Part shown: positions 61,425-64,000 of the stretch, piece by piece
Numbering within the stretch: position 1 is the stretch's first letter
Layout of the letters: the number at the start of each line of letters is the position of its first letter
Origin: Octopus sinensis
Taxonomy: Eukaryota
Length of the DNA: 64,000 bases
Reading direction: 5' to 3'
Assembly: GCF_006345805.1 (NCBI RefSeq)
Contig: NW_021835998.1
Coordinates: forward strand, 147,410 to 211,409
The notes under the pieces: model-generated
What the model was told of the DNA's origin: nothing
What the model saw: only the letters and a program-made list of their open reading frames with translations
The model's database searches: none
Position numbers and translations under genes: made by a program

Positions 61425-62452
61425 GAAGGTTTTAATGGACCTCATCATGAATGTCGAGGACATTCGCGTTGTTCATTTTAATCAAAATGCCAGAAAATAA
61501 TTTTTTGATTTTTTGGGGGAAAGGTTTTAAGGACTTCATCATGTAAGTCGAGGACATTGTAGTTGTTCATTTTAACCAAATGCAGAAAATAATTTTTTGA
61601 TTTTTGGGGAAAGGTTTAAGGACTTCATCATGTAAGTCGAGGACATTGTAGTTGTTCATTTTAACCAAATGCAGAAAATAATTTTTGATTTTTTGGGGGA
61701 AAGGTTTTAAGGACTTCATCATGTAGTCGAGGACATGTAAGTCGAGGACATTGTAGTTGTCATTTTAACCAAAATGCAGAAAATTTTTTTTAATTTTTTT
61801 TGGGGGGGAAGTTTTAAGGACTTCATCATGTAAGTCGAGGACATTGTAGTTGTTCATGTTAACCAAAATGCAGAAAAATTTTTTTTTATTTTTTGGGGGG
61901 AAGGTTTTAAGGACTTCATCATGTAAGTCGAGGACATTGTAGTTGTTCATTTTAAACCAAAATGGCAGAAAATTTTTTTAATTTTTTTTGGGGGAAGGTT
62001 TAAAGGACTTCATCATGTAAGTCGAGGACATTGTAGTTGTTCATTTTAACCAAATGCAGAAAATAATTTTGATTTTTTTGGGGGGAAAGGTTTTAAGGAC
62101 TTCATCATGTAAGTCGAGGACATTGTAGTTGTTCATTTTAACCAAAAGCAGAAAATTTTTTTTTAATTTTTTGGGGGGGAAGGTTTTAAGGACTTCATCA
62201 TGTAAGTCGAGGACATTGTAGTTGTTCATTTTAACCAAAATGCAGAAATTTTTTTTTAATTTTTTTGGGGGGGAAGGTTTTAAGGACTTCATCATGTAAG
62301 TCGAGGACATTGTAGTTGTTTTTTAACCAAAATGCAGAAAATTTTTTTTTAATTTTTTGGGGGGAAGGTTTTAAGGACCTCATCATGTAAGTCGAGGACA
62401 TTGTAGTTGTCATTTTAACCAAAATGCAGAAGAATTTTTTTTTAATTTTTTG
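61425..62452. repeat. ~92-bp satellite, ~11 copies with variable T and G homopolymers
   Basis: GGACTTCATCATGTAAGTCGAGGACATTGTAGTTG recurs every 89-107 bp. Confidence 0.95.
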
Positions 62453-62999
62453 TGCGCGACCGGCAAAAGTGGGGCTAGCAGATGTCCAATCCCACGGGTA
62501 AACAGATACTGATCCGTAAGAATTCATTGTCCAGTAGTAATCCCGTCTCGGGTATAGGAAGTGCTTTGAGCCAGTCTCTTGTATGCGACTGAAAAGGCAG
62601 TTTAGTAAGGCCAGCTGAAATTGGCCTGATAAAACATTAACTATATCTACGGGAAGTAATTGTTCGTTAGACGTCATCTATAAAAGTAGTGATAAAATTT
62701 TTTTGATTCTACAAGTTTGTATGTTATGGTGATCAAAAAAGTAATGTTCTTGATAAGTTTAATATTTATTTTTGCACCTTTAGCCTTGTTACCTTTGATT
62801 TTAGCACCGGAATAAAAGTTCTCTACAAATTTGAAAACTAGAGAACTACTAAAATAACTTTGATAATCCTTCGAAGGACTAATTGGTTATTGAATTCAAA
62901 GAATGTCAATGGTAATAACTATTTGTACTAGACTTAGAAGAAATTAAATAAACATCACAGGCAAAACTTACTTTTATAACTAGTTTTATTATTTGCGGT

Positions 63000-64000
63000 C
63001 GTAGATAAAATATTAAACGTGTATTAATTTTTAAACTACTTAATGAGTGCCTGTGTGGATAAGGTCACTAAAATTACCTAAAAACATTCTAGAAATATAT
63101 TGATACAAATAAATCAATTACATTTTAAAAAAGTCTCAAGTTTAGAAATTTAGAAATTTTAACAAAATATCAATTTTGAAAATAAGGTCAAAACAACAAT
63201 ATTTGAAATTGATTAAATTAAACTTATTTAAACAAAACCAACGACAAAGTTAAAAAAACAAGAAATAAGAAAAGCTATTTTTTAGTAGCCAATCTATACT
63301 GAAGACTGGAGGATCTTCTAAAATATAATTTTATTTTCGTCAAAAATACCGTTTTTCTCATCTTTCTTATACCCTTTATCATTTTTGTGATTTCCGCCGC
63401 ATCTTTCTTGATCTTTTTTTGGTTTTGAAGTGCAATTGGTTTTTTGTTGCCACTCCTTTTTGGGATTTCCGAATTCTTCAAAGAAGTTGATAAAAAATTA
63501 GTATAAGATATATTTTCTTACTATTGTAATAATAAATTACGCGTCAACGCTGTAAATTTTTTTTATTCTCTAATTTTATTAAGCCGAAACGTCCCAAATC
63601 GACTTTAAATACAGTCGATATTATTAAAACGTTAACTATCAAATATGCCTATAGATAAACACAAATGTACCTGCATGAGAATTCCATGTCGATGTAAAAC
63701 CGATGAGTGGTCAGACATTCACTGGAGAAGCAAGAATGAGACTCAAAGACAAAGAAATGAACCAAGACAATCTCTGTGCAGAGAATGGGACAATTCAAAT
63801 ACAATAAATGATGACATCAGACGCGAACGTTGGAATAAAATTATAGATATTGAGAGACAAGTTATACGTCAATGGCATGATCCAAGAAGCAATTATATAA
63901 CACTACCAAACTGTATCATAACTGATGACTGCCACATACATTGTTTGATTTATATAACAATTATTTTATCAAATGTCGTTAATAAAAAAACGGACATATA
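63000..64000. repeat. Rearranged paralog of 49900-50790 (3' part inverted at 63000-63481, 5' part at 63500-64000 on +)
   Basis: MKNSEIPK.SGNKKPIALQNQKK on -; MPIDKHKCTCMRIPCRCKTD from 63645 on +. Confidence 0.85.

Overview
AT-rich eukaryotic DNA (standard genetic code, no prokaryotic features) that is almost entirely a patchwork of transposable-element fragments. Retroelements are CRE-like and R4-like RLE non-LTR elements, RTE-like RTs, an Ingi/Vingi-like LINE and a tRNA-headed SINE. DNA elements are Tc1, pogo/Tigger, hAT, Merlin, MULE, Helitron and Ginger-like integrase transposons. There are also satellites and a complex ~7-kb segmental duplication. The key to reading the window is that the host uses tiny (22-32 nt) GT-AG introns, which the ORF track does not model. 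Splicing them reveals (i) an apparently intact 1.78-kb TGTCGCG-ended DNA transposon with a 5-bp TANTA target duplication, whose 423-aa H2C2/D35E integrase is split by eight micro-introns, and (ii) a signal-peptide-bearing EGFR/insulin-receptor L-domain host gene. Other highlights are a 2A-like (GDVESNPG/P) LINE one nucleotide out of frame with its APE-RT, a SINE whose 3' half derives from that LINE family, and several junctions with templated insertions. Host identity cannot be determined; the L-domain and TE set look animal-like (inference only). All calls are from manual reading and no database searches were run. Boundaries of degraded fragments are approximate.
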